Shown piece by piece: positions 41,480 to 51,537 of a DNA stretch of 64,000 bases (position 1 is the first letter of the stretch; each line of letters begins with the position of its first letter). Source of the DNA: an uncultured Chloroflexia bacterium (lineage in GTDB: Bacteria > Chloroflexota > Anaerolineae > JAAYZQ01); assembly GCA_963700285.1 (NCBI GenBank), contig CAVOXA010000022.1, positions 224,001 to 288,000 on the forward strand, in the 5' to 3' direction. The notes below the pieces were generated by a model. The model saw nothing but the letters and a program-made list of their open reading frames with translations. It searched no databases and had not been told where the DNA came from. The position numbers and the translations under genes were made by a program.

Positions 41480-41923
41480 ATGTACAAGCGTGTTCTTTTG
41501 CCCCTGGACGGATCACCTCTGGCCGAACAAGCGCTGCCCCATGCCATCGCCCAGGCCAGAAACTCTCAAGCAGAGTTGGTCCTGCTGAGAGTCGTAGAAC
41601 CATTTGACCGCGGCACAGGCTTATCGCTGGCGGCCCATGAGCGGCTAAACGAACAGGCGGCGATCTGGGCTCGCGAGTACCTGGAACCCATCGCTGCTGA
41701 CGTTCAACAGCAAGGTATTCGGGTTCAGGTGGTCATCGTCGAGGGGCGCCCTCATGTACAGATCGCTGAATTCGCGGAGGGCAATCAGGTGGATCTGATT
41801 GTAATCTCTGCACGCGGGAAATCTGGACTCAGCCGCTGGCTGATGGGCAGCGTCGCCGATCGCATTGTGCGTGGAGCCACGGTGCCGGTGCTGTTGGTGC
41901 GCGCCCTGAAGGAAGAGGCTTAA
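41480..41923 (+). CDS. Universal stress protein (single domain)
   Basis: YKRVLLPLDGS..AEQAL, DLIVISARG.SG..RW.MGSVADRIVR.A..PVLLV. Confidence 0.92.
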   Translation: MYKRVLLPLDGSPLAEQALPHAIAQARNSQAELVLLRVVEPFDRGTGLSLAAHERLNEQAAIWAREYLEPIAADVQQQGIRVQVVIVEGRPHVQIAEFAEGNQVDLIVISARGKSGLSRWLMGSVADRIVRGATVPVLLVRALKEEA

Positions 41924-41940
41924 AGAGTGAGGAGGTGGTT

Positions 41941-43008
41941 GTGCAACGATTCAAGAACATTCTTGTGGTCGTTGATGAGAAAACTGAAAACAGGGTAGTC
42001 GTCGAACGGGCCGTGACCCTGGCTCAGCGAAACCAGGCTCGCCTGACGGTCGTCGACACCGTCAGAGACCTGCCCCGCCTGGTGCCCGTTCCAAAAGGCC
42101 CTGAGCCACTCGTCGACATCGACATTGTCGAGGAATGGCCCCCCGATGCGGACCGACCAGCCGCGCTGGAGCCGCCGGTGACTCTCAGCGAACAGCCCTA
42201 CGAAGCTCAGGCAGCGGCTGCAGAGGTGGCTGTGGTGATTCGGGAGCGTATCGTCGAGGAAGAGAGCCAGCGTCTGGAGCAGTGGCTAGACTTCATCCGA
42301 CGGAGAGGAGTTCCGGCTGACGGCAAGATGTTGTATGGAACGGCGTTTCTCGAGATCATCCGCGAGGTGTTGCGCAACGGGCATGACCTGGTGATGACCG
42401 CCGCCGAGGGCCGCGCCGCCGTGAAAGACAGGCTTTTTGGCAGCACAACCATGCACCTGATGCGCAAGTGCCCGTGTCCGGTGTGGGTAGTCAAGCCCGC
42501 CCAGCCCGAATGGCATACCCGCATCCTGGCCGCAGTGGATCCGTACTCTGCGGACGAGGAAAGGCACGCCCTCAATATCAAGATCATGGACCTGGCGACA
42601 GCGCTGGCCCGTCGGCAGCAGTGCGAACTGCTTGTCGTCCACACCTGGGCCTTTCCGGCTGAGTATTCCCTGAGAAGCGGGCATCTCGTGGCGTCAAGCG
42701 AGCTGGACAGGTGGGTCGGTGCGGACCGAGATTTGCGCAGGATCAGGCTTTCCGAGCTTGTGCAGCCGTACGCTTCGCAGGACCTAAAGTCTCAAGTGTA
42801 CATGTTGAAGGGCGAGCCGGGATACTTGATTCCCGAGGTAGCAGCAAAGATGGAGGCAGAACTGATCGTCATGGGTACGGTGAGCCGCACCGGGGTGGCC
42901 GGATTACTCATTGGCAACACCGCCGAAAGGATCCTCCGCCAAGTGGACTGTTCCGTGCTGGCGGTCAAACCTGATGGCTTCGTTACCCCAGTCACGTTGG
43001 ATGAATAG
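41941..43008 (+). CDS. Tandem-domain universal stress protein (UspE-like)
   Basis: FKNILVVVD, LFGSTTMHLMRKCPCPVWVVK, LIVMGTVSRTGVAGLLIGNTAE.IL. Confidence 0.92.
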   Translation: MQRFKNILVVVDEKTENRVVVERAVTLAQRNQARLTVVDTVRDLPRLVPVPKGPEPLVDIDIVEEWPPDADRPAALEPPVTLSEQPYEAQAAAAEVAVVIRERIVEEESQRLEQWLDFIRRRGVPADGKMLYGTAFLEIIREVLRNGHDLVMTAAEGRAAVKDRLFGSTTMHLMRKCPCPVWVVKPAQPEWHTRILAAVDPYSADEERHALNIKIMDLATALARRQQCELLVVHTWAFPAEYSLRSGHLVASSELDRWVGADRDLRRIRLSELVQPYASQDLKSQVYMLKGEPGYLIPEVAAKMEAELIVMGTVSRTGVAGLLIGNTAERILRQVDCSVLAVKPDGFVTPVTLDE

Positions 43009-43093
43009 CCAAGACCTGTCAGGGTGGGAGCGTGGAACTATCACCGTGCCGTGAGGCTGCAACTCGACAATGAACCGTGGGAGATGCATCAAC

Positions 43094-45852
43094 ATGAAAC
43101 ATGGGCGACAACCGTGGACCTTGACAGCAAGCCAGGTCCTGGAGCTGCTCGACACCCCGCCCGAGACGGGGTTGAGTCAGGCCGAGGCCGCCCGCCGTCT
43201 GGTCGAGCATGGCCACAACGAGCTGGTCGGGAGTGGATTGAGAAACCCGTGGCGTATCCTGGCCACCCAGTTCATCGAGGTGATGGTCGTCGTCCTCATG
43301 GTGGCGGCCGCCATCTCACTCCTCGTCGGCGACTTCAAGGACGCCGTGGTCATCCTGATCATCGTCGTCCTCAACGCCGCGCTGGGCTTCACCCAGGAGT
43401 ACCGCGCCGAGCGGGCCATGGCTGCCCTGAAACAGATGGTCGTGCCCCAGATCAAGGGTGCGACGCGATGGACAGGTGTACGAGATATCGGCTCGCGGTC
43501 TGGTGCCGGGCGACTTGTTCCTGCTCGAAACCGGGGGCGCGGTGCCGGCCGACGGCCGCTTGCTGGAGAGTGTCAACCTGCGCCTGCAAGAGGCAGCCCT
43601 CACCGGCGAATCGGTGCCGGTCGAAAAAACGACTGAGGCCCTGGCCGGCGAGCATGCAGGCGTAGGCGACCGGCGCAACATGGTGTTCATGGGCACGGCT
43701 GTCACCTACGGGCGCGGGTTGGGCATCGTCACCGCCACCGGCATGGAGACCGAGCTGGGCCACATCGCCACCATGATCCAGGATGTAGAGGCCGAGCCAA
43801 CCCCCTTGCAGCGGCGCATGGCCCAATTGGGCAAGGGCCTGGCCGTGGCCGCCCTGGCCCTGGTGGGTCTCATCTTTGCCATTGGCCTGCTGCAAGGGAC
43901 GGACCTTACGACGATGTTCATGGTAGCCATCAGCCTGGCCGTGGCCGCCGTACCGGAGGGCCTGCCGGCCGTGGTTACCATCGCCCTGGCCTTGGGCGCC
44001 CAGCGAATGCTCAAGCGGCGCGCTCTCATCCGCAAGCTGCCGGCGGTGGAAACCCTGGGATCGGTCACGGTTATCTGCTCGGACAAGACCGGCACGCTGA
44101 CCGAGAACCGCATGACGGTGACCATTCTGGATGTGGCCGGGCATACGGTGGACCTGGTGGAGAAACTGCGCAAGTCCGGCCCCCTGCTCAGTCCCGACGA
44201 CACCCCGCTGGATACGCCCGAAGCGCCCCTGTCGCTGCTGCTGACGGCGACCGCTTTGTGCAATGACGCCATCCTGGAACCGGACGCAGAGCCCGGCGGC
44301 TACCGGGCCATCGGCGACCCTACCGAGGGGGCATTGGTGGTCGCCGCGGCGCGCATGGGCCTGTGGAAGGCAGACCTGGAGGCAGACCTGCCCCGCGTGG
44401 CCGAAGCGCCGTTCACCTCGGAGCGAAAACGCATGACGACGGTGCATCGGGGATTGCTAGATGGGAATGGTGCCCTATCTACCCGCCCACAGGGCATACC
44501 ACCATACCAGTATACCGCTTTCACCAAGGGCGCGGTGGATAGCCTGCTGGCGGTGAGCGATCGGGTGTGGGCCGACGGCCGGATCGAACCGCTGGACGGC
44601 GAGTGGCACCGTCGCATCGAGGCCGCCAACGACCGCCTGGCCCAGGAGGGGATGCGGGTACTGGGCGCCGCCTTCCGCCCGTTGGACGAACTGCCGGCCC
44701 CGGGCCACGAGGCAGAGCCTGGAGCAGGAGATGATCTTTGTCGGGCTGACCGGCATGATCGACCCGCCGCGGCCCGAGGTGCGCCAGGCCATCGACACCT
44801 GCCACACGGCCGGGATCCGCACGATGATGATCACCGGCGACCATCCCCTCACAGCGGCCAGCATCGCTCGCGAGTTGCGCATCGCCGACCCGGAGACGGG
44901 CAAGAACGGCACGCGCGTCGTCAGCGGCATGGAACTGGACCAGATGTCCGCGGCTGACCTGGAGGCGGTGGTGGATGAGGCGACGGTCTATGCCCGTGTC
45001 TCGCCGGAGCACAAGCTAAAGATCGTGGAGGCGCTGCAAGCCCACGGCCACATCGTGGCCATGACCGGCGATGGCGTGAACGACGCCCCGGCGCTCAAGC
45101 AGGCCGACATCGGCGTGGCCATGGGCATCACCGGCACCGACGTCAGCAAAGAGGCGGCCGACATGGTGCTGACCGACGACAACTTTGCCACCATCGTATC
45201 GGCCGTGGAGGAGGGCCGCACCATCTATGACAACATCCGCAAGTTCATCAAGTACACCCTCTCCAGCAACGTGGGCGAGATCGCGGCCATGCTCCTGGCC
45301 CTGCTCGCGGGTCTGCCCCTGCCCCTGACGGCGCTGCAGATCCTGTGGATCAACCTGGTGACTGACGGGCTGCCCGGACTGGCCCTGGGAGTGGAGCCCT
45401 CAGACCCGGATGTCATGGATCGCCCGCCCCACCATCCCCAGGAGAGCATCTTTGCCCGGGGCATGTGGCAGTATGTGCTCTGGGTGGGTGTCCTGATGGG
45501 CGTCATCGTCCTGGGCATCCAGTACGTGTTCTACCATGCCGGCAACCCAGCCTGGCAGACGATGGTCTTTACCACCCTCTGCCTGTCCCAGATGGGCAAC
45601 GCCCTGGCTATCCGTTCGGACAAGTACTCGCTCTTGGCCATCGGCCTCTTTTCCAACCCGGCGTTGGTGGGCGCGGTGCTGCTCACCTTTGGCCTGCAAA
45701 TGGCGGTGGTCTATGTGCCCTTCCTGCAGAACATCTTCAAGACGGTGGCCCTCAGCCCGCTGGAGCTGGCCATCTGCCTGGGTGCCAGTGCACTGGTCTT
45801 TTTGGCCGTCGAGGGGGTCAAGTGGATCAGGCGGCAGAGGGCCGGTCACTGA
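43094..45852 (+). CDS. Cation-transporting P-type ATPase, P2A-like (frameshifts near 43455 and 44715)
   Basis: [47 protein letters not shown]. Confidence 0.92.
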
Positions 45853-45891
45853 CGGGGCGATTCAGCCCGTACATTCTTGAGGAGATAACCT

Positions 45892-46545
45892 ATGGATATC
45901 TTGCATGACCTGATCGCGTGGACCACAAGTTGGGCCGATAGTCCCTACGGCGGGCTAGCACTGTTTGTCATCGCCTTTGCCGAATCATCGTTTTTTCCGG
46001 TGCCGCCGGATGCATTGTTGATCCCTCTGGCACTGGCCAAGACCTCCTGGGCACTGCTATTCGCTGTCGTAGCTACGGTCGGCTCGACGGTTGGTGGTAT
46101 CCTGGGCTTTTGCATCGGCGACAAGGGGGGACGCCCGTTTCTTCAACGCTTCTTCAAGCCGGAAAAAGTCGCCCTGGTGCAAGGCTATTACCGGCGCTAC
46201 GACGTATGGGCAGTGGGTATGGCCGGCTTCACTCCCATTCCCTACAAGCTCTTTTCCATCTCGGCGGGAGCGTTCGGGTTGGACCTCAAGCGATTCGTTC
46301 TGGCCTCAATCGTGGGGCGGGGAGGGCGTTTCTTCCTCGTAGGATTGGCGATCCTGTTCTTTGGCGAGTCGGTGAAGGCATTTCTCGACGAGTACTTTGA
46401 CCTGGCGCTGGTGGCCTTTGCTGTGCTGTTCATCGGCGGCTTCTATGCCATCAACCTACTTGCCCGGCGAGGAGCGCGCCAGGAAGAGCAGGTTTCTCCA
46501 CCACCGGCCAGCGGCCCTCCCTTTTCCTCAGCGAGGGAAGACTAG
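45892..46545 (+). CDS. DedA/YqaA (SNARE-associated) membrane protein
   Basis: AFAESSFFPVPPD, AGFTPIPYK.F, GRGGRF. Confidence 0.9.
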   Translation: MDILHDLIAWTTSWADSPYGGLALFVIAFAESSFFPVPPDALLIPLALAKTSWALLFAVVATVGSTVGGILGFCIGDKGGRPFLQRFFKPEKVALVQGYYRRYDVWAVGMAGFTPIPYKLFSISAGAFGLDLKRFVLASIVGRGGRFFLVGLAILFFGESVKAFLDEYFDLALVAFAVLFIGGFYAINLLARRGARQEEQVSPPPASGPPFSSARED

Positions 46546-46581
46546 ACCCGCCGTTGCACCGCCACAAAGAGGGGAATCGAT

Positions 46582-47844
46582 TTGGAAAGCTGGCTGAGCA
46601 ATCTATCACTGGAATTGTGGCAAAAGTTCGCTCTGGCCGCACTCATTGGACTCATGGTGGGCCTGGAACGAGAACACTCGCAGCAGGAGGAGACAGCCCA
46701 CTTTGCCGGCATCCGAACCTTTCCGCTGATCGCCCTGCTCGGCTGTACCGCCGCGCTGCTATCCGCGGAAGGACAATCCTGGCTTTTTGCCGTCGGCTTT
46801 GCCGGGTTGGCGGCTCTCGTCGTGACCGTGTACGCTTTTTCTGTCCAGCACGGCAACCTGGGGGTTACGACCGAGGCTGTCGTGCTTTTGGTCTATCTGA
46901 TTGGCGGGATGATCTATTGGGATCAGATCTGGCTCGCTATCGCGCTGGGCATAGTAGTCACGGTCTTGCTGGTCTTGCGCCCTACCCTGCACAAGCTGGT
47001 GGATCGCATCGATCGAGAGGATATCTATGCGGCCCTCAAGCTGGCGGTGGTCAGCGCTGTTGTTTTGCCACTTCTTCCCAACGAGGCCTACGGCCCTCTA
47101 AACGTACTCAATCCCTTTCGCATCTGGCTGATGGTCGTGTTTGTATCAGCGGTCAGCTTCTCGGGCTATATCGGCATCAAACTACTGGGCCCGCGAAAGG
47201 GTGTAGGGTTCGCGGGTTTGCTGGGAGGGTTGATCTCCAGTACAGCGGTGACCTTGGGTTTTTCCCAACGCAGCAGGGAAACGCCATCTCTGGGGCCGTA
47301 TCTTGCCTTGGGTATTACGTTGGCCTCCACCACCATGTACCCCATCATTGTTCTCCAGGTCCTGGCCTTCAACTCAACTCTGGCAGAACGGGTATGGCCG
47401 CCCATGGCTCTGCTCGCCGGTCTGGGCGCGGGAAGCTGTATCATCCTCTGGCGGATTGCAGGCTCGGGAGAAACAGAAAGCACGGACTTTGCCAACCCTT
47501 TTCGCCTCTGGCCAGCGATCCAATTCGGGCTGCTTTTTGGGGTTGTGCTATTGGTGACAAAAGCGGCACAGGTTGCCTTGGGCGACGTCGGTGTCTACGT
47601 AGCCAGTTTCCTGGCTGGCCTGACCGGCCTGGATGCGATCACACTCTCGATGGCCCAACTGGCGGGCAGCGAGGTCTCCTACCAGGTGGCGACTCAGGCG
47701 CTTCTTCTGGCAACTGTGGCCAATACTCTGGCCAAAGGTGGCCTGGTCCTCGCCCTCGGTGCGCCAGCGTTGCGCCGCAGCACGCTTCCGGTGTTCGGCC
47801 TTTTGTCCTTGGCTGGCCTGGGCCTGGCCGTTTGGCTGTCCTGA
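46582..47844 (+). CDS. MgtC/SapB family protein with DUF4010-type C-terminus
   Basis: IGL.VGLERE, AGIRTF.LI.LLG, G.TTE, GGLISSTAVT, GLTGLDAIT; TTG start. Confidence 0.88.
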   Translation: MESWLSNLSLELWQKFALAALIGLMVGLEREHSQQEETAHFAGIRTFPLIALLGCTAALLSAEGQSWLFAVGFAGLAALVVTVYAFSVQHGNLGVTTEAVVLLVYLIGGMIYWDQIWLAIALGIVVTVLLVLRPTLHKLVDRIDREDIYAALKLAVVSAVVLPLLPNEAYGPLNVLNPFRIWLMVVFVSAVSFSGYIGIKLLGPRKGVGFAGLLGGLISSTAVTLGFSQRSRETPSLGPYLALGITLASTTMYPIIVLQVLAFNSTLAERVWPPMALLAGLGAGSCIILWRIAGSGETESTDFANPFRLWPAIQFGLLFGVVLLVTKAAQVALGDVGVYVASFLAGLTGLDAITLSMAQLAGSEVSYQVATQALLLATVANTLAKGGLVLALGAPALRRSTLPVFGLLSLAGLGLAVWLS

Positions 47845-47879
47845 AGGCTGTCAGAGCAGCCATGCGAACCACGGGAGCT

Positions 47880-48010
47880 AGTCCAGAAGTGCGCCAAGCG
47901 GGTCAACCTTTTAGGGGAGTTCAATGACTGGGATACCATGTCAACACCTATGACTCGCAAGCGGGCCGATGCCAATTGGAAAGCGATCGTCGAACCGGAA
48001 ACCGGCTGGC
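47880..48010 (+). pseudogene. Fragment of a CBM48/isoamylase early-set domain
   Basis: Manual translation VNLLGEFNDWDTMSTPMTRKRADANWKAIVE; no complete gene around it. Confidence 0.6.
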
Positions 48011-48460
48011 TGTCCTGGCCGAATATTCTCATCCGTTCTAGAAAAACGACCCATACCGTCGTTCCGTGGTAGAGAAGTAGGCTGCGATGGTGACTCGTGC
48101 TTTATATCACACGACAAGGCCACGGTCAAGACTCTTGGGCATCTCGCAGTGTGTCCATTTCGGTGGAAACTCCTGTGGCACGGATCGCCCCGGGCCAAAG
48201 TCGCAGAGCCACGGAGCGGTGCCGGTTCAAACCGGCTGAAATGCAGCAACCGACCTCGCCGGTATCGTCTCGCGCCCTGGGCTTTTAGACGACATAGATA
48301 AGGTTAGGTTGGGTTCTGCACCACCTAGAGCTGCGCGTGAGGCGGTTCTGTGGTAGACTATGTACCAGTGTTCCACTGGCGGGTCCGCGGTCCACAAGCT
48401 GGGCAAAGAAGAGCTTGCTATCAAAGAGTCGACCGGGCATACCAGCGAGAGGAGAGGAAG

Positions 48461-48768
48461 ATGGCGGAACAACCGAAGGGGCCGTACAACATCCTATTCG
48501 TACTCACGGACTAGGAACGGCATTTCGACGAGTACCCCGAGGGCGTGGAGCGCCCTGCCCTCCAGCGCTTGCAGGCCATGGGCACCACCTTCACCAACCA
48601 CCAGATCTGCAGCGCCGTGTGCACGTCATCTCGGTCGAATATCTTTGCCGGTCAGCACATCGTGCACTCGGGCATGTTCGACAACACCAACTTTGCCTGG
48701 CAGGGCAACCTGTCGACCGAGGTCCCGACCATGGGCCACCGCATGCGCCAGGCGGGCTACTATCAGCG
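48461..48768 (+). pseudogene. Sulfatase N-terminal fragment with in-frame TAG
   Basis: YNILFVLTD*ER (TAG at 48512), SAVCTSSRS active-site motif, PTMG..M.QAGYY; truncated at the edge of the duplicated cassette. Confidence 0.8.
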
Positions 48769-48790
48769 CCGGTTAGTGGTCGCGGTTTCT

Positions 48791-48819
48791 TTGACCTCTG
48801 CGTGTGGGCATGGTACAAT
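48791..48819 (+). promoter_or_regulatory. Sigma70-type promoter (duplicate)
   Basis: TTGACC-17 bp-TACAAT. Confidence 0.72.
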
Positions 48820-48875
48820 GACCGGGCCGCATATCCGTAGCAGACTTCTTACGATCCCTTGAGCGAGGCGCAGAT

Positions 48876-49250
48876 ATGTCTCCTACCCAAACCAAAGGCC
48901 AGTTGGAGTCCAAGATCGCCACGGCCATCACCCAGTTTGACCGAGAGCACCTGGGGCGCGGCCCTCATAAGGTGCGCGCCTGGATCATCCAGGACATGAT
49001 CCTGCTCCGTCTCCAGGGAGTCCTTACCCCAGCCGAATAGACACTGGCCCGGGACCCGGAGGGGCATCGCCTGATCAAGGAGGTTCGCAAGCAGTTGATC
49101 GAGGGTTCTCGCCCCCTGTTCGATGATATGATCGAGTGCCTTTCCGGGGTTCGCGTGGTCAGCTTGCACAGCGACATGAGCATCAAGCAGGGCGAACGGA
49201 TCATCGTCTTCACGCTGGCCGAAGACCTGGAGTCCCAGTTCACGCCCTAA
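48876..49250 (+). pseudogene. Second DUF2294 copy with a nonsense codon
   Basis: Same length as and near-identical to 37942-38316; GAG to TAG at 49038-49040. Confidence 0.85.
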
Positions 49251-49336
49251 TGCAGGCGACGCCGCCATCTTTCCATTCTGGTATCCGTCGCCCAGTCTGC
49301 TGGGCGATCCTCCCGTAGGTTCTGGATGACTTGCCT

Positions 49337-49365
49337 TTGACAAGCGGCGATTCTTGTGCTAGACT
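49337..49365 (+). promoter_or_regulatory. Sigma70 promoter of ion-transport operon 2
   Basis: TTGACA-17 bp-TAGACT with extended TGn. Confidence 0.85.
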
Positions 49366-49390
49366 ACGATTAGTCAGATAGGACACAGCT

Positions 49391-49492
49391 TGGCAGGCAG
49401 GGTGGAAGGTAAGCTCTAGGAACAAGAGCAGACCAGCCGCTGGGTAGGCCAACACCGCAGCCTGAAAGGGTAGCTGGGAGTTGGCCTTTTTT
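49391..49492 (+). ncRNA. Candidate riboswitch/attenuator copy 3 with terminator
   Basis: GGTG..CACC, GCTCT/AGAGC, GTAGGCCAAC, GTTGGCC-TTTTTT. Confidence 0.7.
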
Positions 49493-49517
49493 AGTCTCGC
49501 GTTGACCAGATACTGAC

Positions 49518-49620
49518 CGGCAGATAAGGTGGAAGCTAGGCCCTTGCCACAAAGGCAGACCAGCTGTAGCGTAGGCCAGCACCGCACCCTCTTGAGGGTG
49601 CCGGCTGTTGGCCTTTTTTT
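49518..49620 (+). ncRNA. Candidate riboswitch/attenuator copy 4 with terminator
   Basis: GGTG..CACC, GCC(C)TT/AA(A)GGC, GTAGGCCAGC, GCACCCTC/GAGGGTGC, GTTGGCC-T7. Confidence 0.7.
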
Positions 49621-49738
49621 CTATACCCGGGTGATGAGTTGTGTGGGAGCCCAGAAAGTCGTAAAGCATGCTTCCTGTTGGGTGCTGGTGGTACGGTGAG
49701 AGAAAGGCCGGTTCACAAATGAGAAGGATCCAGGCCTG

Positions 49739-50956
49739 ATGCTTCCATTCTTGCAGTTTATCTTTGCCATCGCCATCATCATCGCTGCCGCAAAGGCGGG
49801 CGGCTACCTGAGTCACCGATTGAGGCAACCCGCGGTTGTAGGTGAAGTGCTCGCCGGCCTGATACTGGGGCCTTCGGTACTGAATTTCCTGCAGTGGTCC
49901 ATATTTACCAACCCACACCTGGGCGAGAGTATCGTCTATCTCGCGGAGCTGGGTGTCTTGTTGCTGATGTTCATTGCCGGTCTTAACCTCCATCTCTCCG
50001 ATCTGGCAGAATCGGGCAAAGTTGCTCTACTGGCCGGTAGTCTGGGGTTCGCATTTACCCTGGGATTGGGGTTCCTCCTGGCAATGGCCTTCTCTTTTGA
50101 TCCCCGGCAGGCCCTGTTTCTGGGCTTGCTCCTGGCTCCAACCAGCATTGGCATTTCAGCCCAAACCCTGATAGAACTCAAGGTGTTGCGCACCAGAGTG
50201 GGAGTCAGCCTCCTGGGTGCAGCAGTAGTTGATGATTCCTTGGCAGTGTTGGGCGTGTCCGTGTTTCTTGCTCTATTGGGAAGCGGAGCCACGGATGGCC
50301 TGGCAAGTGGAATCTTGGTTCTGGTGAGAATGACGCTGTACCTGGTCGTTGCTTCCGCCCTGGGCATCTGGCTGGTTCCGAAATTGAGCCGTATCGCAGA
50401 GAAGCTGCCGGTCAGCCAGGGGCTCATCGCCTTTGTGTTTGTCACGGTGTTGCTGTACGCCTGGGCGGCCCAAGTACTGGGCGGGATGGCGGCGATCATC
50501 GGTGCGTTCATGGCCGGCCTCTTCCTGGCGCGCTGCCCGCTCAGGCAGCGCATCGAAGTCGGATTCGCACCTCTGGTCTATGGCATATTTGTGCCCATCT
50601 TTTTCGTCAGTGTTGGCCTCTCGGCCAATCTTCGCCAGATCACTGCTAGCGGTATTGTGCTCGTTGTTGCCTTGTGCCTTGTGGTCATCCTGACCAAACT
50701 GCTCGGGGCCGGTCTTTCTGGTCTTATCGGAGGAATGAGAGGTCAGGAAATCCTGCAACTGGGCTTCGGAATGATACCCCGTGGGGAGGTGACGCTGATT
50801 GTCGCCACCGTGGGAGTCACGGAAGGCTTGATCGGGGTGGAGATCTTTTCGGTCGTGGTTGGGATAGTAATCGTATCCGTGTTGCTGACGCCTCTGTTGT
50901 TGCGGCGCGCGTTCGCCCGGCCCGCGGCACCCAACCTGCACCTGCAGGGTTCCTAA
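49739..50956 (+). CDS. Cation:proton antiporter (CPA2, NapA/KefB-like)
   Basis: QPAVVGEVLAGLILGPS, AELGV.LLMF.AG, TSIGIS, AAVVDD, PIFFVSVG, GMIPRGEV. Confidence 0.92.
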   Translation: MLPFLQFIFAIAIIIAAAKAGGYLSHRLRQPAVVGEVLAGLILGPSVLNFLQWSIFTNPHLGESIVYLAELGVLLLMFIAGLNLHLSDLAESGKVALLAGSLGFAFTLGLGFLLAMAFSFDPRQALFLGLLLAPTSIGISAQTLIELKVLRTRVGVSLLGAAVVDDSLAVLGVSVFLALLGSGATDGLASGILVLVRMTLYLVVASALGIWLVPKLSRIAEKLPVSQGLIAFVFVTVLLYAWAAQVLGGMAAIIGAFMAGLFLARCPLRQRIEVGFAPLVYGIFVPIFFVSVGLSANLRQITASGIVLVVALCLVVILTKLLGAGLSGLIGGMRGQEILQLGFGMIPRGEVTLIVATVGVTEGLIGVEIFSVVVGIVIVSVLLTPLLLRRAFARPAAPNLHLQGS

Positions 50957-50973
50957 TAAACAAGGAGATGTGC

Positions 50974-51336
50974 ATGGCTCATTTGGTCGTGTTGGTACTA
51001 GATGATCCGGACCGATGTCGAGACGTGTTGGATGCCTGGGAGGCGGCAGGCGCGCCAGGGGTCACGATTCTGGATAGCTCAGGCTTGGGCCGGGTGCGCC
51101 AGGCGGGCATACGAGATGATATGCCGCTCTTGCCCAGCTTGAGCGATCTGTTCCGACGTCAAGAGGATTGTCACCGGACCCTGTTCTCTGTAGTCAAGGA
51201 ACAGTCTCAGGTAGAGGCCATCGCCCAGGCAACCCAAGCAATCATCGGTGAACTCGACCGTGGACACACAGGCCTGCTGTTCGTCGTCCCGGTCGGCCAG
51301 GTCTACGGACTGAACAAGAAAAGGGAGAGCGATTGA
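50974..51336 (+). CDS. Stand-alone P-II-like protein
   Basis: LVLDD....VLDAW..AGAPGVTILDS.G...HRTLFSVV....IG.LD..HTGLLFV.PV.QVYGL; SD AGGAG. Confidence 0.8.
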   Translation: MAHLVVLVLDDPDRCRDVLDAWEAAGAPGVTILDSSGLGRVRQAGIRDDMPLLPSLSDLFRRQEDCHRTLFSVVKEQSQVEAIAQATQAIIGELDRGHTGLLFVVPVGQVYGLNKKRESD

Positions 51337-51345
51337 TCTACACGC

Positions 51346-51472
51346 GTGTTCGGGCGCCCTCGCGCGAGTATGACCCGGTCTGCAGAAGCAAACGAGGTAG
51401 CGCTGATCGTTTTGTCCACTCGCGGGCGATCTGGCTCCAGCCACTGGCTGATGGGCAGCGTGGCCGATCGTA
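51346..51472 (+). pseudogene. Remnant of a single-domain USP
   Basis: AEANEVALIVLSTRGRSG.SHWLMGSVADR matches the C-terminal half of 41480-41923. Confidence 0.7.
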
Positions 51473-51537
51473 AGGAGTGCTGCACTACATTCGGTTGCCG
51501 ACCAGGCAGGGAGGGTGATCATAAAGAGGAGGACATT

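Noticed and set aside
43440-44730. Programmed ribosomal frameshifting in the P-type ATPase
   Set aside because: No canonical slippery heptamer is evident, and similar indels are scattered through unrelated genes.
48512-49040. Pyrrolysine or amber readthrough at two nearby in-frame TAGs
   Set aside because: They are single-base changes from Gln/Glu codons (the paralog has GAG), the sulfatase is also truncated, and TAG is a normal stop elsewhere in the window.
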